Shown in pieces: positions 41,839 through 56,300 of a DNA stretch of 64,000 nucleotides (within the stretch, counting starts at the first letter, position 1; every line of letters begins with the position of its first letter). A program made the translations under genes and the position numbers. Source of the stretch: Macrostomum lignano (taxonomy: Eukaryota); contig NIVC01002455.1 in NCBI GenBank assembly GCA_002269645.1, positions 62,001-126,000 of the forward strand, read 5' to 3'. Under the pieces are notes generated by a model. It did not search any database, was not told where the DNA came from, and saw only the letters and a program-made list of their open reading frames with translations.

Positions 41839-44800
41839 GGCAGACAGAAGAGGAGTGGGCAAACAGGCAGACAGACAGACAGACAGACAGACAGAAAGAA
41901 AGAAAACTTAACATTAAAGTACTACAACAGGAGGCGGGGACCGTGGCTATGTGTACTTTTATTAGCACAGAAGTTGTAGAGAAAGAAAAAGAAGATTGAG
42001 TCGCTAGCAATTTGATCTCTAATTGGTTTCCCATGCTTGCCTAGGCTATAATTATTATATATTAGTTTATATAAACAAAACAGGTTTAGTCTGAATCTCG
42101 TAGCCATATTAGCCTGTAGTCTAAAATTACTTATTATAAAGGACTGGTTAAATAGATTTTTGAAGGATCTACAATTCTACATAGTAACAATTTCTGTTGA
42201 CAGAATTAATTTCTATTTAGCATTCAATTTGAATATAATCAAATTGTACTTATTTGCGCAAAAACTCGCAGTTAAAGCTTGATTGATTGTGCGCAGTTAA
42301 ATGTGAATACTAGCTATTATAAAGGCTAGTTTCCGGGAGGGGGGTGAGCCTGGCTAGTGCGGCGGTAGACGTTTTTGTCTGTGCCAATTTCATTAATAAT
42401 TTATGTATTAGCTCTACAGCTCTTAGCTGCCATGCACTGTGCCCTGCGCTTGATAACTTTACAGCGTCTGTTGTGGTGATAAATTTCTACTGAGAGGGCG
42501 CGTACTCGCTTTTTGAGTAAGGCAGAAGCCACTCAACAGTGGGGTAGTTTTTTCCTGGCTTTTTTAGGCGAAGCTCAGTCCCACTCATTGGGTACTTCTA
42601 AGTCATCCACTATTAATAATTATAAATGCTATATAAATAAAAGTACTTTTTGGACTGTTGGACAGAATTAATCCCAAACGGAAACATTATGTTTTCCTCA
42701 ATTGTCAAAACTTTGAGCAGTAAGCATATAAAAAATACGGCCTTAAAAAATGAGGATCTGAGAGGGATTTTGAGTCCCTACAATTGAGGATCTCAGAAGG
42801 ATTTTGAGTCCTTACAAATGGGGATGGAAGAGGGATTTCAAGTCCCTACAGATGAATCTGAGGGGGATTTCGAGTCCCTACCAATTAAGAGCTCAGAGGG
42901 ATTTTGAGTACCTACAAATGAGGATCTCAGACTTTGGGATTTTGGGTCCCTACAAATGAGGATCTGACTCATAGGGATTTTGAGACCCTACAAATAAGGA
43001 TCCCAGACTCATAGGGATTTCGAGTCCCTACACATGAGGATCCCAGACTCGGTAATTTTGAGTCCTTACAAAAGAGGATCTAAGAGTACTTTTAGACATC
43101 AATAGTACCTGGTGTAAAAAAACGGCTATCCTGATTTGGGTGGAAGAACCTCCTGTTTCTATACTAAATAACAGTAAAAGTTAATATTGCTAAAAGTACA
43201 CCCTCACCCCCCCCCGCATACAGCTGGCACTGCTAGTGTCTCAGTCCAACCGGAATTCGCCAATGTTCAGCAAGCCAGTGTACGATACATCCGTTACCGA
43301 AGGCGCCAATCTTCAGCTGCTGCAGGTGTTTGCAACTGATCCGGATCCGGGACCTACTGGCCACCTCCAGTACAGCCTGGTTAGCGCCGCTCAGTCGGCC
43401 AGCTTGGATCATTTCAGCCTCGAGCCGCTCACCGGCCGCCTGGCCGCCATGCCGCCGCCGTCGCCGCCGCTAAATCACGAATCGGCCGGCATCCACGAGC
43501 TGCTTGTCCGAGCGGTGGATTCCTATTCTACTGATAGGCGATTCAGCCTGGCCAGGGTGATTGTCACTGTGACAAATGAGAATGAGCACTATCCTGTTGT
43601 GGTGACTGCCAGGCCGTCACTGCCCGACCTGCCAGCCGGTGCTAGCATAGCTCAGCGCCAGTACCAGGCTGAGGCGCTTAATAAAATGTCCCGATCGCCT
43701 CAGGAGCCGGCGTTGCTAAGCGCTAGCGTCCTTGCCAACGCTCGGCCGGGCTATCCGCTGTTGCAGGTTTACGCATTCGATTTGGACTCGGGACGGAGTG
43801 GTCAGCTGGCGTACTCGGTCATTTCTGGTGAGTTGATTAAAGATTTAGTATCGGGGTATTCTCTTTAAAAATTGACCTTGAATGTCCTACGCAAAGAGCG
43901 CCTGGTTATTTTAACTCCCTCAGAGATAAATCGTTCGTAATCGCCCCTTGAATTCTCTTCAGAGAAAAATCCCCCTTTAAAAATCCCTAGGGAAAATCAC
44001 CCCTTAAATTTCCCTAGGGAAAATCACCCCTTAAATTTCCCTAGGGAAAATCACCCCTTAAATATAAATTCCTCTAGGAAAAAATCGCCCTTTAAATTCC
44101 CCCATCCATGAATCGCCCCTTAAATTCCCTTGGGAAATAATCGACTTTAAATTTCCCTCGGAAAAAATCGCCTCTAAATTCCCTTAGGAAATAATCGGCT
44201 TTAAATTTCCCTAGGAAAAAATCGCCCCTTAAATTCCCTTGGGAAATAATCGACTTTAAATTTCCCTAGGAAAAAATCGCCTCTAAATTCCCTTAGGAAA
44301 TAATCGGCTTTAAATTTCCCTAGGAAAAAATCGCCCCTTAAATTCCCTTAGGAAATAATCGACTTTAAATTTCCCTAGGAAAAAATCGCCTCTAAATTCC
44401 CTTAGGAAATAATCGGCTTTAAATTTCCCTAGGAAAAAATCGCCCCTTAAATTCCCTTAGGAAATAATCGACTTTAAATTTCCCTAGGAAAAAATCGCCT
44501 CTAAATTCCCTTAGGAAATAATCGGCTTTAAATTTCCCTAGGAAAAATCGCCTCTAAATTCCCTTAGGAAAAAATCGGCTTTAAATTTCCCTAGGAAAAA
44601 ATCGCCCCTTAAATTCCCTTGGGAAATAATCGACTTTAAATTTCCCTAGGAAAAAATCGCCTCTAAATTCCCTTAGGAAATAATCGGCTTTAAATTTCCC
44701 TAGGAAAAAATCGCCCCTTAAATTCCCTTGGGAAATAATCGACTTTAAATTTCCCTAGGAAAAAATCGCCCCTTAAATTCCCTTAGGAAATAATCGACTT

Positions 44801-47800
44801 TAAATTTCCCTAGAAAAAAAAATCGCCTGTTAAATTCCCCCATACAAGAATCGCTCCTTAAATTCCCTTAAATAAAAATCGCCTCTCAAATCCCCCCCGG
44901 AAGAAATTGTCTTTTAATTTCTTTCATCGAGGAATCGCCATTTAAATTTTCCCATAGAAACTGATCCATTGTTAACAGGCGCAAGGATAATATGGCTATT
45001 AAAAGTACTTATTATATAGGCCGCTAGGTCATTGCCCATACCGAATTTCTGTCTGGCCCGGCTTGCTGATCGCGCAGCGTGCCTACAGATAAATTTATGT
45101 AAAAAGCCGCAACTGTATTTGCATTCGCTACTAAGCATGCGTATGGATATAGCTGAAGCTGGATTGAAGCGTGCGGCCAACCGCAATAGTCTGTGCTTAA
45201 CGGGGAGCTCAACTCAATTCAGGGACAAAAATATTTCTAGGCGAGCGACAGCGGTGGAGCTCCGTCGCTGCAGTCTTGCCTTGCCCCAGCTCATCCGCTT
45301 GGTCCCGTGTGCACTCCCCCACTCCCCTTATTCTCCCAATTCCCTGGAATCTTTCTCTATCTCAACCCCTGCCAGCCGCCGTCAAATCCCAAATCTCCAA
45401 CCCAGGGGCCGTTCTCTCTGTTCTCTCTGTCCCATCTGCTTCTACTCGCCCTCTCTCCTAGAAGCAGTAGCTCTCTTTCTCTCTCGCTCTCTGTTCCTCT
45501 GTCTATCCAGAGGGAGAAGCGGGCAAAAAGCGCACAGGCTCAGCGCGCGTAGTGTGTGTAGCTAGTCGCTATACTCCAGCCTCCGATCTCGCAGGCAGCC
45601 AGCTAGTCTGAATTAGTTAGTTCCAGATCTTCTACTAAGGCTCTTCTACTTTAGCTTTTTAGATCTGGTGCTGGGAAGAATTGAAGCCGCATTGATTGGT
45701 TAGCTATATGAGAAAATGATATTGTAATAATATGGGATAAGAATCCAGACGGGACAAATGTGTTTTATCTTAGGAAAATGTGTTATTAAAGATTACTGAT
45801 GCATCATACAGGCTCTATGAGCCGATGTAGGAATCTTGGAACTCCCGTAATAGTTTTTTCTTCATTCTTGGCATCCTGGACCAACCTGAAAATTCGGGAT
45901 AATAAGAGGACAGAGAAGCTCAGTGGTGAACGCGTCTGGCTCTCGCGCCGCGACCCCTGGTTCGATTTCGTGCGCAGTCACATTCCTTTTTGGGCCTCGT
46001 GCGCACTAAAATTGGCGCCGTGGGGGGGGAGTTCATAGAGCTTCTCTCCTCTCTCTTCTCTTTTCTTTCATCTACTCTCTCCTCTCATCTCATCTCAAAT
46101 TTCTTCTTTCTTTCCCCCATTCCATCTTTTTTCCACTCTCATCTGGCCTGCAGCAATGATCAAGATTCCCTATCTGGCCCTTAAAGTAAAAAGTTTACCA
46201 ACCCGTGATTCATAAAGTGTCTGTAGTTAGTCGCTATTTATAGGAGAATAGTGAGAATCTGGCAGCGATTAAGATTGAACTGTTTAATAATAATACTAAT
46301 AAAAGAGACACAAATGGAAACAGCAAGACAACAATAAGGCAGACAGGTAAATCAGACAGGAGCTGGTTTGCTGTTTTGACTGATCTGCGTTCTGCACTGT
46401 CTGTAAGCTCTATAGCTGTAGGTAAACTGTGAGATTGATCTCTGAGGCACTTGAGAAGTCTGAAGATTGTTATTATTTATCTACTTTGTTTATACGACAT
46501 TTAATGATTATGGTTATATTTAGTCTATTAGCTGCATAGCAAGACTTATTTCTACGAGCGTAGTAGTAGGTAAAATTTTTAGTAGCTAAAACTTCAACTA
46601 GAATGCATTCAATATCTGGTGGCTTCGGTTACAGCAGTTGACTGACTGGTTCAAATGAACTTAACTGGTTTGATGTATACAAAGAATATGTTGATTTTCT
46701 CTAAGTGTTATTTTTCAGCTCCTGTGTCGGCTTCTCTGTGTGCTTTTCTCTATACACAAACATACAGTATGTATAAACATATTGTGCTATCCTATTTCTG
46801 CCGTTCCCACAGTCTCCATTATTTGTCACTTTTTGCCAGTTCTGGTTGACTTTGACTCTGCCTTATTGTAATAATAATCTTTCGTTACTTTCATATTATA
46901 TATAATATCAAAAGAAACCATTGCCTGAGAATGAAAAAGAAACAGCGGGCGATTGGGAAGTTAATTAAATCTAGCTATCTGTCTATCTATCTGTTTCTCT
47001 GTTGCTTCTGTGTGCCACTGTTTTAATGCAGAGGCCGCCTTCTGTCTCGCCCGGAATCTGATTTCTTCTGGGATTGAAGAAAAAATTGCTTTGAACTGTC
47101 TTAATCCACTTTAGTTTTGTGTTTGTATGCATAGATATACTTTCCCATTTGGTCTTTCTGTTACTCCCTACTTTGGACTGTCCAGCTGTTCGCTACAGGG
47201 TTAATTATATTTATGATTCACTTTATGGTCACCTTCTGTCTGCGAGTGATTCTTCTGTGTCCGTTTTTCTTTGCATGTTCTTTTGTATGTGAGTATCTGT
47301 CTGTTTTTTGTCTGTTCTATCTGTGTCTTTCTGTTCTATCTGGGTGTCTGTCTGTTCTTTCTGTTCTATCTGGGTGTCTGTCTGTTCTATCTGTGTCTGC
47401 TCTGTCTAGGTGTCTGTCTGTTCTATCTATGTGTCTGTCTGTTCTATCTGTGTCTGTTCTGTCTATGTGTCTGTCTGTTCTATCTGTGTCTGTTCTGTCT
47501 AGGTGTCTGTCTGTTCTATCTGTGTCTGTTCTGTCTAGGTGTCTGTCTGTTCTATCTGTGTCTGTTCTGTCTCGGTGTCTGTCTGTTCTATCTGTGTCTG
47601 TCTGGTCTATCTGTATGTCTGTCTGTTCTATCTAAGTGTCCGTCTGGTCTATCTGCTTATCTTCTGTCCATTCTATCTGTGTGTCTGTCTGTTCTATCTG
47701 AGTGTCCGTTTGGTCTATGTGGGTGTCTGTCTGTTCTATCTGCGTGTCTGTCTGGTCTATCTGCTTGTCTGTCTGTTCTATCTGCTTGTCTGTCTGTTCT

Positions 47801-50800
47801 ATCTGCGTGTCCATCAGAGTGTCTTTTTGTTCTATCCAAGTGTCTGTCCGTTTTATCATGGTGTCTGTCTGTTTTGCCAGGTTGTCTGCCTGTTGCTCTT
47901 TGAATTTTGAGGATGCAAAGAGTCTCGCCTCCATTTTATTAGATTCCTTTTGTGTTTCCAGCTTTCAAATTTTATATTCTTGATTTTTAAGTGTGTTTTA
48001 GAATTCGTAAACGTGTGCAGGCGGGTGGGACTAGCAGATGTGAAGCTCAGGTTATAAATGCTTTTCCCGTTGGGTGCACTTCATCTTGGGCTTAATCTTC
48101 TTTTGCCCTTCTCAATTCTATTTCTCTGTCTGCCAAATTTCCCTACTGACCTCCAGCTTTAAGAGTGCTCAATTCCCTGCTGGACCATTATGGACCGGAG
48201 GAAGTGGGCTGAGCTGAGAGAGAGAGAGAGAGAAATTGGGCGGAGAATTTATGACCCGAGATTGAGGCAGAGAGATGCTTCGCTCCTACCCTCCGCTCCT
48301 TTTCCTTATGCCCCACACGGGGCCAATAATAAAGTGCAAAAACAGACGGTAATAATACAGTCTACACTAGGGGCCGGCAAACTTTTTTACCTCAAGGGCC
48401 AGATAGAGAGTCTAGAGCATAACTGCGGGACGGAGGAGGGAAATAGAGAGAATAAGATAGGAGATAGGAGGAGAGGGGAAGGATGAGAGAAGAGAGATTA
48501 GTTAAGATTAGAGAGAAGAGCGCTGAGAAGAGATTTTTTGCTGGCCGGAGTTTGCCGTCCCCTGGTCGACATGTCGACATGCTATGCTCCGATTATTAAA
48601 ACGAGTCGCGTCTTGAGTATTGAGGTTCATATTAAGCTCACCAAAGTTTTATATATATGGTACCGTACTAAGCAGCGGTCGGGGGTTCTGTTACTTCAAA
48701 GCAGAATTCCCTGAGGACAGAGCGGGTTTCCATCCTCTTTTGATGCGTTCCCTCCTACACAGTGTGCGTGATTATTGTTGTGTTGCGTGCGTTGATAAGT
48801 TTGTCTTCGTGGATAAATCGGAAATCAACAAAAATTGCTCAAACTGAAATTGCTCTGCTCCGTTCGGGTCAGCCCAATTGGGGATTGGCTATCCATACCG
48901 TAGCTTCTGTGCCGCACCCTCTGATGGGAGAGTATATCTTTGCAACTTCTGAATCCCCTAAGTGCCCCTGCACCGAACTTACCCCCTCTCTCCACACCCC
49001 TGTCTAATTACTGGCAATTCGGACTTTTTTGTTGCTGGTTCGCAATTTCGAATCCTCTTTGTGAAAGATTTGAAATTTTTTCTCTCTAAAATAAAAAGCG
49101 GTGATGTCTGTTTCTTATCGAGAAAAAGAGAGTGTTCGTGTGGTAGAGGTGTTGCGCTACTGGCTACGGGCCAGAAATATTTGCACGACGAGAAATGTTC
49201 AACTGTATGTCAGGCACTGCTGGGTTGTTTAACTTCTTTTTTATTTTAATAGCGCCTTCCTTGACGCTTCAAGTAAAGAATGTTTCAGCTCCGCCCTCGC
49301 CGCAGAGGCTACGGCAGGGGGATAAAGGGTAAGATGAGGGATTCTGAGGACACAAACATTTGTTCGGCTGGGCGGGGCGAGCTTGTCTTATCGTTAAAGG
49401 AATAGCGGTGGAGCGGAGCAGTGCAGTATCTAAGGGGTTTTGGGGGATTTTTCTCCCAGAATTTATGCGGCCCGTAGCGGCGATGATTGCTTTTGCGACC
49501 TAGAAGAAAATTAGAAATCTATTTGCGCTCTCAAAGTCTCCTCCCTCTCTCTCTTCCCTCTTGTGCCAATCAAGTCGGCCGCTTTGGTCTCTCTGTGTGT
49601 CCTCAGTGTGTTTTGGCATTCAGAACTTGTCTACATATAACACAACGTTTTGTTATTTCCTGAGATTTTCAATTTCTGTCTGTCTCTCTCTTGCTTAGCT
49701 CTTGACTTCTTTCCTTTCCTTTCCTTCCCCCGCTCTTTTTTTTCTCTCTTCTGTTCTCCCCAAGGTTCAATGTATCTCTACCCATAGTTATTTTTGCGCC
49801 TACCGACAAATTTAATGATAAAAATAGTTATTGATTAATATTTATAAGACATGCGATCAGAGAGTCTTGCCGACAAAAGTAGTCTTAAAAAATAGCGAAT
49901 ATATATGCTTACAGCGATTAGCCATACAAAATGGGAGGTTTCAGGTGCCTACTTGACTAAAGTCAAACTGCTTTACAATAGAACGGACATGTCAAATCCA
50001 GTAGGCGCTTTTAAAGTAAAGGTGCTCACGAAAGCTCTCTACAAGAGGGCCGCACTGTCAGCTGTTTGCTGGGAATCTTCCCCAGTAGGAAGGAAGTCGC
50101 TTGGCCTCTCTCTTCCCTCTTTACTTGCCGTATATACAGTAACCGGCTGCATGCTTGATTCACTTTCCGCATCAAGGATTTATAATTTCTGAATGAGTAG
50201 TTGGCGCTGCAGTCGTCAATCTTTTGACGTTTTGTGGAAAAAATAATAGAGAGGAGTTTGAGTAGCGACGGGATAATCCAGGTAGGGTGAAAGGGGGCTT
50301 TAGCAAGTGTTTCCGAGTCAATAATATTTGATTGAAGCGCTGGCTGTCTCACCTAAACAGGTCTGGCTCCCTCAATGTCTTAAGTTTTTTGTAACCTTAG
50401 TTGAGTGGCGTGTGTTTTTTTTTTGCGAACAGAAATACTTCACTTGGCTAAACTATATAGTGCAGGAAACTCGGGTTTTACTTGGCTTCCTTGGCGCTTA
50501 GGAATTGTTTTGATGAAAAGTTATTTACGATACATATCGGCAAGTCAACGAGTATCCTATCATAATCTCCAATACCTACCCAATGCTGTGAATTAGGGGT
50601 AGGAGCAATACAGAAGTAAAAAAACGGGTGAATGGTGGAGGTCGATGACTCGAGACGACATTTTTTATAGAGCGAGTGTTTAGCTGGCGGTCTGGACCGG
50701 GGTTAACCTCAGATTACGTAATAATGGATGGCTAATATACGCGTCTGCAGGGCATGTTTTCCCGCTGAGTGGATACTGATGCCTCTGTCTGTCTGTCTCT

Positions 50801-53275
50801 CGCCCTGTCTCTCTTCATATCATTTTTAGCACGCTTTGCGCAGCAGCTCCAGAATATGGCTGCTGTCAATCTCATTTCACATATTCAGTATTCAGCAGAG
50901 TTTGGCAGAGACTATATCATCTCCATGCCTATAGTAGTTTAGGCGCTGAGTTGAGCCGAAAATCATTTAATCAATGCGGGGTACAGATATATGGCAGATG
51001 CGTTCGCTCTTCATCTGATTGATACCTATAGTTTCGAGAGGTTGGGGTTTCGTGGGTTGGGGGGGCAGAGTAGTGGTTACTCGTGTATGCGCGATCACAT
51101 CACATGTGCATTGTACAGTGCCTACATACGAGCGTATCCTTTGTGTCCTCTGTGTCCAGTTGTAAATAATAGGTTTCAATTTTGCGTTTTCACACCTGGA
51201 GCTGGTGGCTAGACTCCCATTCAGCGCATGCAGTGACCTTGAAGAGACCAGACTGTATTGCATTGCCCTCTTGTTCGCAATTTATAAACCCCCACCCCCC
51301 AGCAAAAAAGCATCCTCAGTGGTCGCTTTTTAACCCTTTTCTCACTACTGCTAACACTACTAGCTATTCAATTAATCTGGCCGCCATCTCGATCCATTTG
51401 CGCAAAAACCCGTCGCGCAAGGGTAGCACGCGATGAAGCCAATAAAACTGGATGAGGGGGGAGGAGGCTGGGGCCGGGCGAGAGGCAGATGGAGTCAGAG
51501 AAAGTGGATTGCGGGAAGGGTAGTTTGATTTTTTTCAAGGTGAAAATTCTCAACTACCTTGTCGCCCTGGCTGCATGCCCCCATGGTACGTAGAAAAATA
51601 GCTTCTTATCTCTCTTTTCTAGTCTAGCTTCCTAAAAGCCTGAATCTAATTCCTAGTTTTTCCTTTGCGCAGCTTTCACTAATGCCTGCATAAAAATGTG
51701 TGTGTCATTTCCAACCTTTCTGCTGGTTTGGCTACATTATTACGTAATAGTCATTTTGCTGCGGCACCTGATGAAGCAGAAGAGTTAAAAAATGCACTAC
51801 GCCTCTGCCTCTATGCGAGACCCTAGTTCTGCTTTTTTCATCCACTTAATAATGAGAGGAGAGATCCCGGATGGAATGTGCCGTTTTCTGGCAATGAAGA
51901 AACTGCATTTCCCGGCATTCACTGCTGCATCTCAGCTAATATTGACTGCTAGCTATATTTCTACACAATTGCATTGGGTAGTTGCTTCGATAATTATGGG
52001 TAAATAAATTGACTAGCCAGTTGATTGACGCGATTAATTGCTGCCTAATTTCATAATAAGCGGCAAAAGAACACAGAGTTGAAATCTCGGGTCAAATTCA
52101 ATATCGAACATTTATGAGCATATCCGGCCTCGTGACCTCAGTTAATCCTCTTATTAAACGTTCTCATCTATCTCTCTCTTTCTAGCTTGTTTAATTCTGC
52201 ATTCTGCACACCATGGCTGTATTGTATGCAGTTGGGTTGGAAAGGAGGAAGGCTTGAAATAAATCCCTCCCTAATCAATCAGCGGTTTTGCTCGTCGATA
52301 AAGTGCGCGCACAACAGATAGACGCCGCAGATGCCTGGAATTCCCACTGTGTTTTTTCTTTCTTCGTTCCAAAATAGCTGACTGAATACTGCTGCTGCTG
52401 CCGCTGCCGCCTCAGGCAGCTTTTTAATTGATTCTGTTTTGCTGCTTCAATGACGGGCCGCGCACACCATCATACTCATGCACACAACACAGCGGCTTTC
52501 CTCGGGCATCTGAGATTATCTTTGTTTTTATCCCCTCTCCTGTTCCCCTCAGAGACTTATTACTAATCCTTCCCCGCTGGTGCAGTGTTATCCCCTATCT
52601 ATTCTGAATGTTTCTGAGCGCTGCTTTCTTTCTGCCGTTTTTCCCTGCTCTCTTTTAAGCAGATCTTGCTTGTACTGTTCCAATTTGACAAATCTAGGAT
52701 GGCATTGCTTAATCGCTAATTAAGAAAATCGATCCTTGAGCTGGAGCCTGTCTCTAGCGCCTGAGCTGTCGCACTCTTCTTGTACTAATCTGACAAGACA
52801 CCGAGGCGCCTATCTGTCACTCGTAGCGATACTTCTTCTAGTTTAAAGAATCTAAATATCAAAGTTTCCCTATTCTAAATTATTAAACTCCCCCAGCTTA
52901 GAGCCAAGTTGAAAATTTCCAATTATCGAAGTCGTCGTCTCTGGGGGGGGATTCCTGGTGGGTTGGGGATTGAAATCGCGGAATAGAAAAAAGGGTTTTG
53001 AGGGGAAAAATTCGCGCAGCTGAGAAACCGGCCGACTGGGGGTGGGAGGGGCGCTTCGGCCAGCTGAAGCGATAAAAATCCTGATGACGTAACACAGCGC
53101 AATTCTGCTTTTTAAAAGGATTGTGGGTAGCGGAGATGGCAACGGGGCTGATTCCTGTGTCTCCCTTGGGGAATTGTAAATATTGGAAAGTGGAAAATGC
53201 TTCGCTTTCGGCGCTTGAAATGAAAGGAATCGCTTTGCTGATAATTTAACCGGTTAATTTGATTGCGGTTGCAGC

Positions 53276-53320
<45 letters not shown>

Positions 53321-56300
53321 CTAAGACACTAAAATACAAACAGACACTAAGACACTAATGCAGACAGACACTAAGACACTAATGCAGACAGACACTAAGA
53401 CACTAATGCAGACAGACACTAAGACACTAATACAGACAGACACTAAGACACTAATACAGACAGACACTAAGACACTAATACAGACAGACACTAAGACACT
53501 AATACAGACAGACACTAAGACACTAAAATACAAACAGACACTAAGACACTAATGCAGACAGACACTAAGACACTAATACAGACAGACACTAAGACACTAA
53601 AATACAAACAGACACTAAGACACTAATGCAGACAGACACTAAGACACTAAAATACAAACAGACACTAAGACACTAATGCAGACAGACACTAAGACACTAA
53701 TACAGACAGACACTAAGACACTAAAATACAAACAGACACTAAGACACTAATGCAGACAGACAGACAAGCAAGCAGACAGACACTAAGAAACTACTACAGA
53801 CAGACACTAAGACACTAAAATACAGACAGACACTAAGACACTAATGCAGACAGACACTAAGACACTAATACAGACAGACACTAAGACACTAAAATACAGA
53901 CAGACACTAAGACACTAATACAGACAGACACTAAGACACTAATACAGACAGACACTAAGACACTAAAATACAGACAGACACTAAGACACTAATGCAGACA
54001 GACACTAAGACACTAATACAGACAGACACTAAGACACTAAAATACAAACAGACACTAAGACACTAATGCAGACAGACACTAAGACACTAATACAGACAGA
54101 CACTAAGACACTAATGCAGACAGACACTAAGACACTAATACAGACAGACACTAAGACACTAATGCAGACAGACAGACAAGCAAGCAGACAGACACTAAGA
54201 AACTACTACAGACAGACACTAAGACACTACTACAGACAGACACTAAGACACTAATACAGACAGACACTAAGACACTAATGCAGACAGACACTAAGACACT
54301 AATACAGACAGACACTAAGACACTAAAATACAAACAGACACTAAGACACTAATGCAGACAGACACTAAGACACTAATACAGACAGACACTAAGACACTAA
54401 AATACAAACAGACACTAAGACACTAATACAGACAGACACTAAGACACTAATGCAGACAGACAGACAAGCAAGCAGACAGACACTAAGAAACTACTACAGA
54501 CAGACACTAAGACACTAATACAGACAGACACCAAGACACTAATGCAGACAGACACTAAGACACTAATACAGACAGACACTAAGACACTAAAATACAAACA
54601 GACACTAAGACACTAATACAGACAGACACTAAGACACTAATGCAGACAGACAGACAGGCGGAAGGAAAGACAGACAAGTGTCTGCACAAGTAGACAAGCA
54701 AATAACTAACAAATAAGTGTGCAAGCCGCAGGTAGAAATTTGGACAAGTAGACAGACAAATATAAAGGCAGGAACTCAGAAAGACCAGTAGGCAGGCTGT
54801 ATGTTGGACGGTAAAATTTGCATTATCTGGATTTTATCTCATTACTACTGGAGTATGAATTCAACAAATCGCAAACGAATCCCACAACAGGCAACGATCT
54901 GGGCCTGTTCGACCTGGACTCTGAGACCGGACAGCTGAGCACCGGAAAGCTGCTCGTAGACTTTGCCGGTCACAACCTGAGCCTGAGTCTGGCCGTCAGC
55001 GATCTGGGCTCGCCGCCCAAGGCCAGCCTGTGCTTAGTGAGCATTCGCATCATCAACCACGAGCCCAACAGGCCCGTGGTGTTCGGCCAGCACCACTACA
55101 ACGTCAAGATTGTGGAAGAGGCACCGCCGGGCAGTTTCGTTATTAAAGTTGACGCCAAAGCTAACGACATGCCGCTTGTGTATTCCATTACTAGCGGCAA
55201 CGAGCTGGGCCTGTTCGACATCGCGCCATCCACCGGGGTGCTCATCGTTAAAAATCCCGTCGATCGAGAGACTCACGGCGATTTCTTCCGTCTAGGCGTT
55301 CAAGTGCAGGCGGTGGACACCCGCCTAGCCGTGCTCACCGAGGTTCTCGTCAATGTGCTGGACGTTAATGACAATCGGCCGGCGTTCCTGTCCGACAGAC
55401 TGGCCGACGGCGTAGTGTCCGAGGATGCGCAGCGTGGCCAGATTGTTCGCGAAGCTGGCCGACCGCGGCCGCTGACCATCAAGGCTGCGGATGCCGACTT
55501 TGGCGTGAATCAGGTAACGGGAGTAAACTTTATGGCCGCTAGCTGTAGTCACGTGACCGACTGAAGTTCGACTAACTGACTGGAGTCCCGTGACCGATAG
55601 AAGGGTTGCTAGATGGAGTCACATGGCCGATAGAAGGGTTGCTAGATGGAGTCACGTGACCGATTGAAGGTTGCTAGATGGAGTCACGTGACCGATTGAA
55701 GGTTGCTAGATGGAGTCGAGTGACCGATTGAAGGTTGCTAGATGGAATCACGTGACCGATTGAAGGGTTGCTAGAGGAAGTCACGTGACCGATTGAAGGG
55801 TTGCTAGATGAAGTCACCTGACCGATTTAAGGGTTGTTAGATGTAGTCACGTGACCGATTTAAGGGTTGTTAGATGTAGTCACGTGACCGATCGAAGGAT
55901 GGCTAGATGGATTCACGTGACCAACTGCAGTTTTTGTGTGTATTTAGTTAGTTATCAATCATATCGGTAGAATCGCGATCACAGAGCTCTCCGCCACCCA
56001 TCCCAGGAGCTCACCTACGAGATCGCTGACCCGGCCGCCGACGCCGCCTTCTCCGTCGACCCTGTGACCGGCGCCATTCGCGTCAGCCAACCGTTGGACC
56101 GCGAAACTCGCGACCTGTACGAATTCGACGTCTGGGTGCGCGACAGCGGCACGCCGAAACGGCTGCGCTCGGCCAAGCCGGCCCGGGTTCGAATCCGCAT
56201 TCTAGACGTTAACGATTGTCCGCCGCAGTACAGCCGGGCGGACTACTACACTGTGCTGGAGTTGCCCAGCTACGACGGCGCCAGGCTGGCCAGGATTCGA

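Noticed and set aside
43828-54890. Hidden gene or extra cadherin exons in the 11 kb Fat intron 6
   Set aside because: Exon 6 joins exon 7 in frame and in sense (VISG-NDLGLF); the short ORFs inside lack motifs apart from the LINE remnant.
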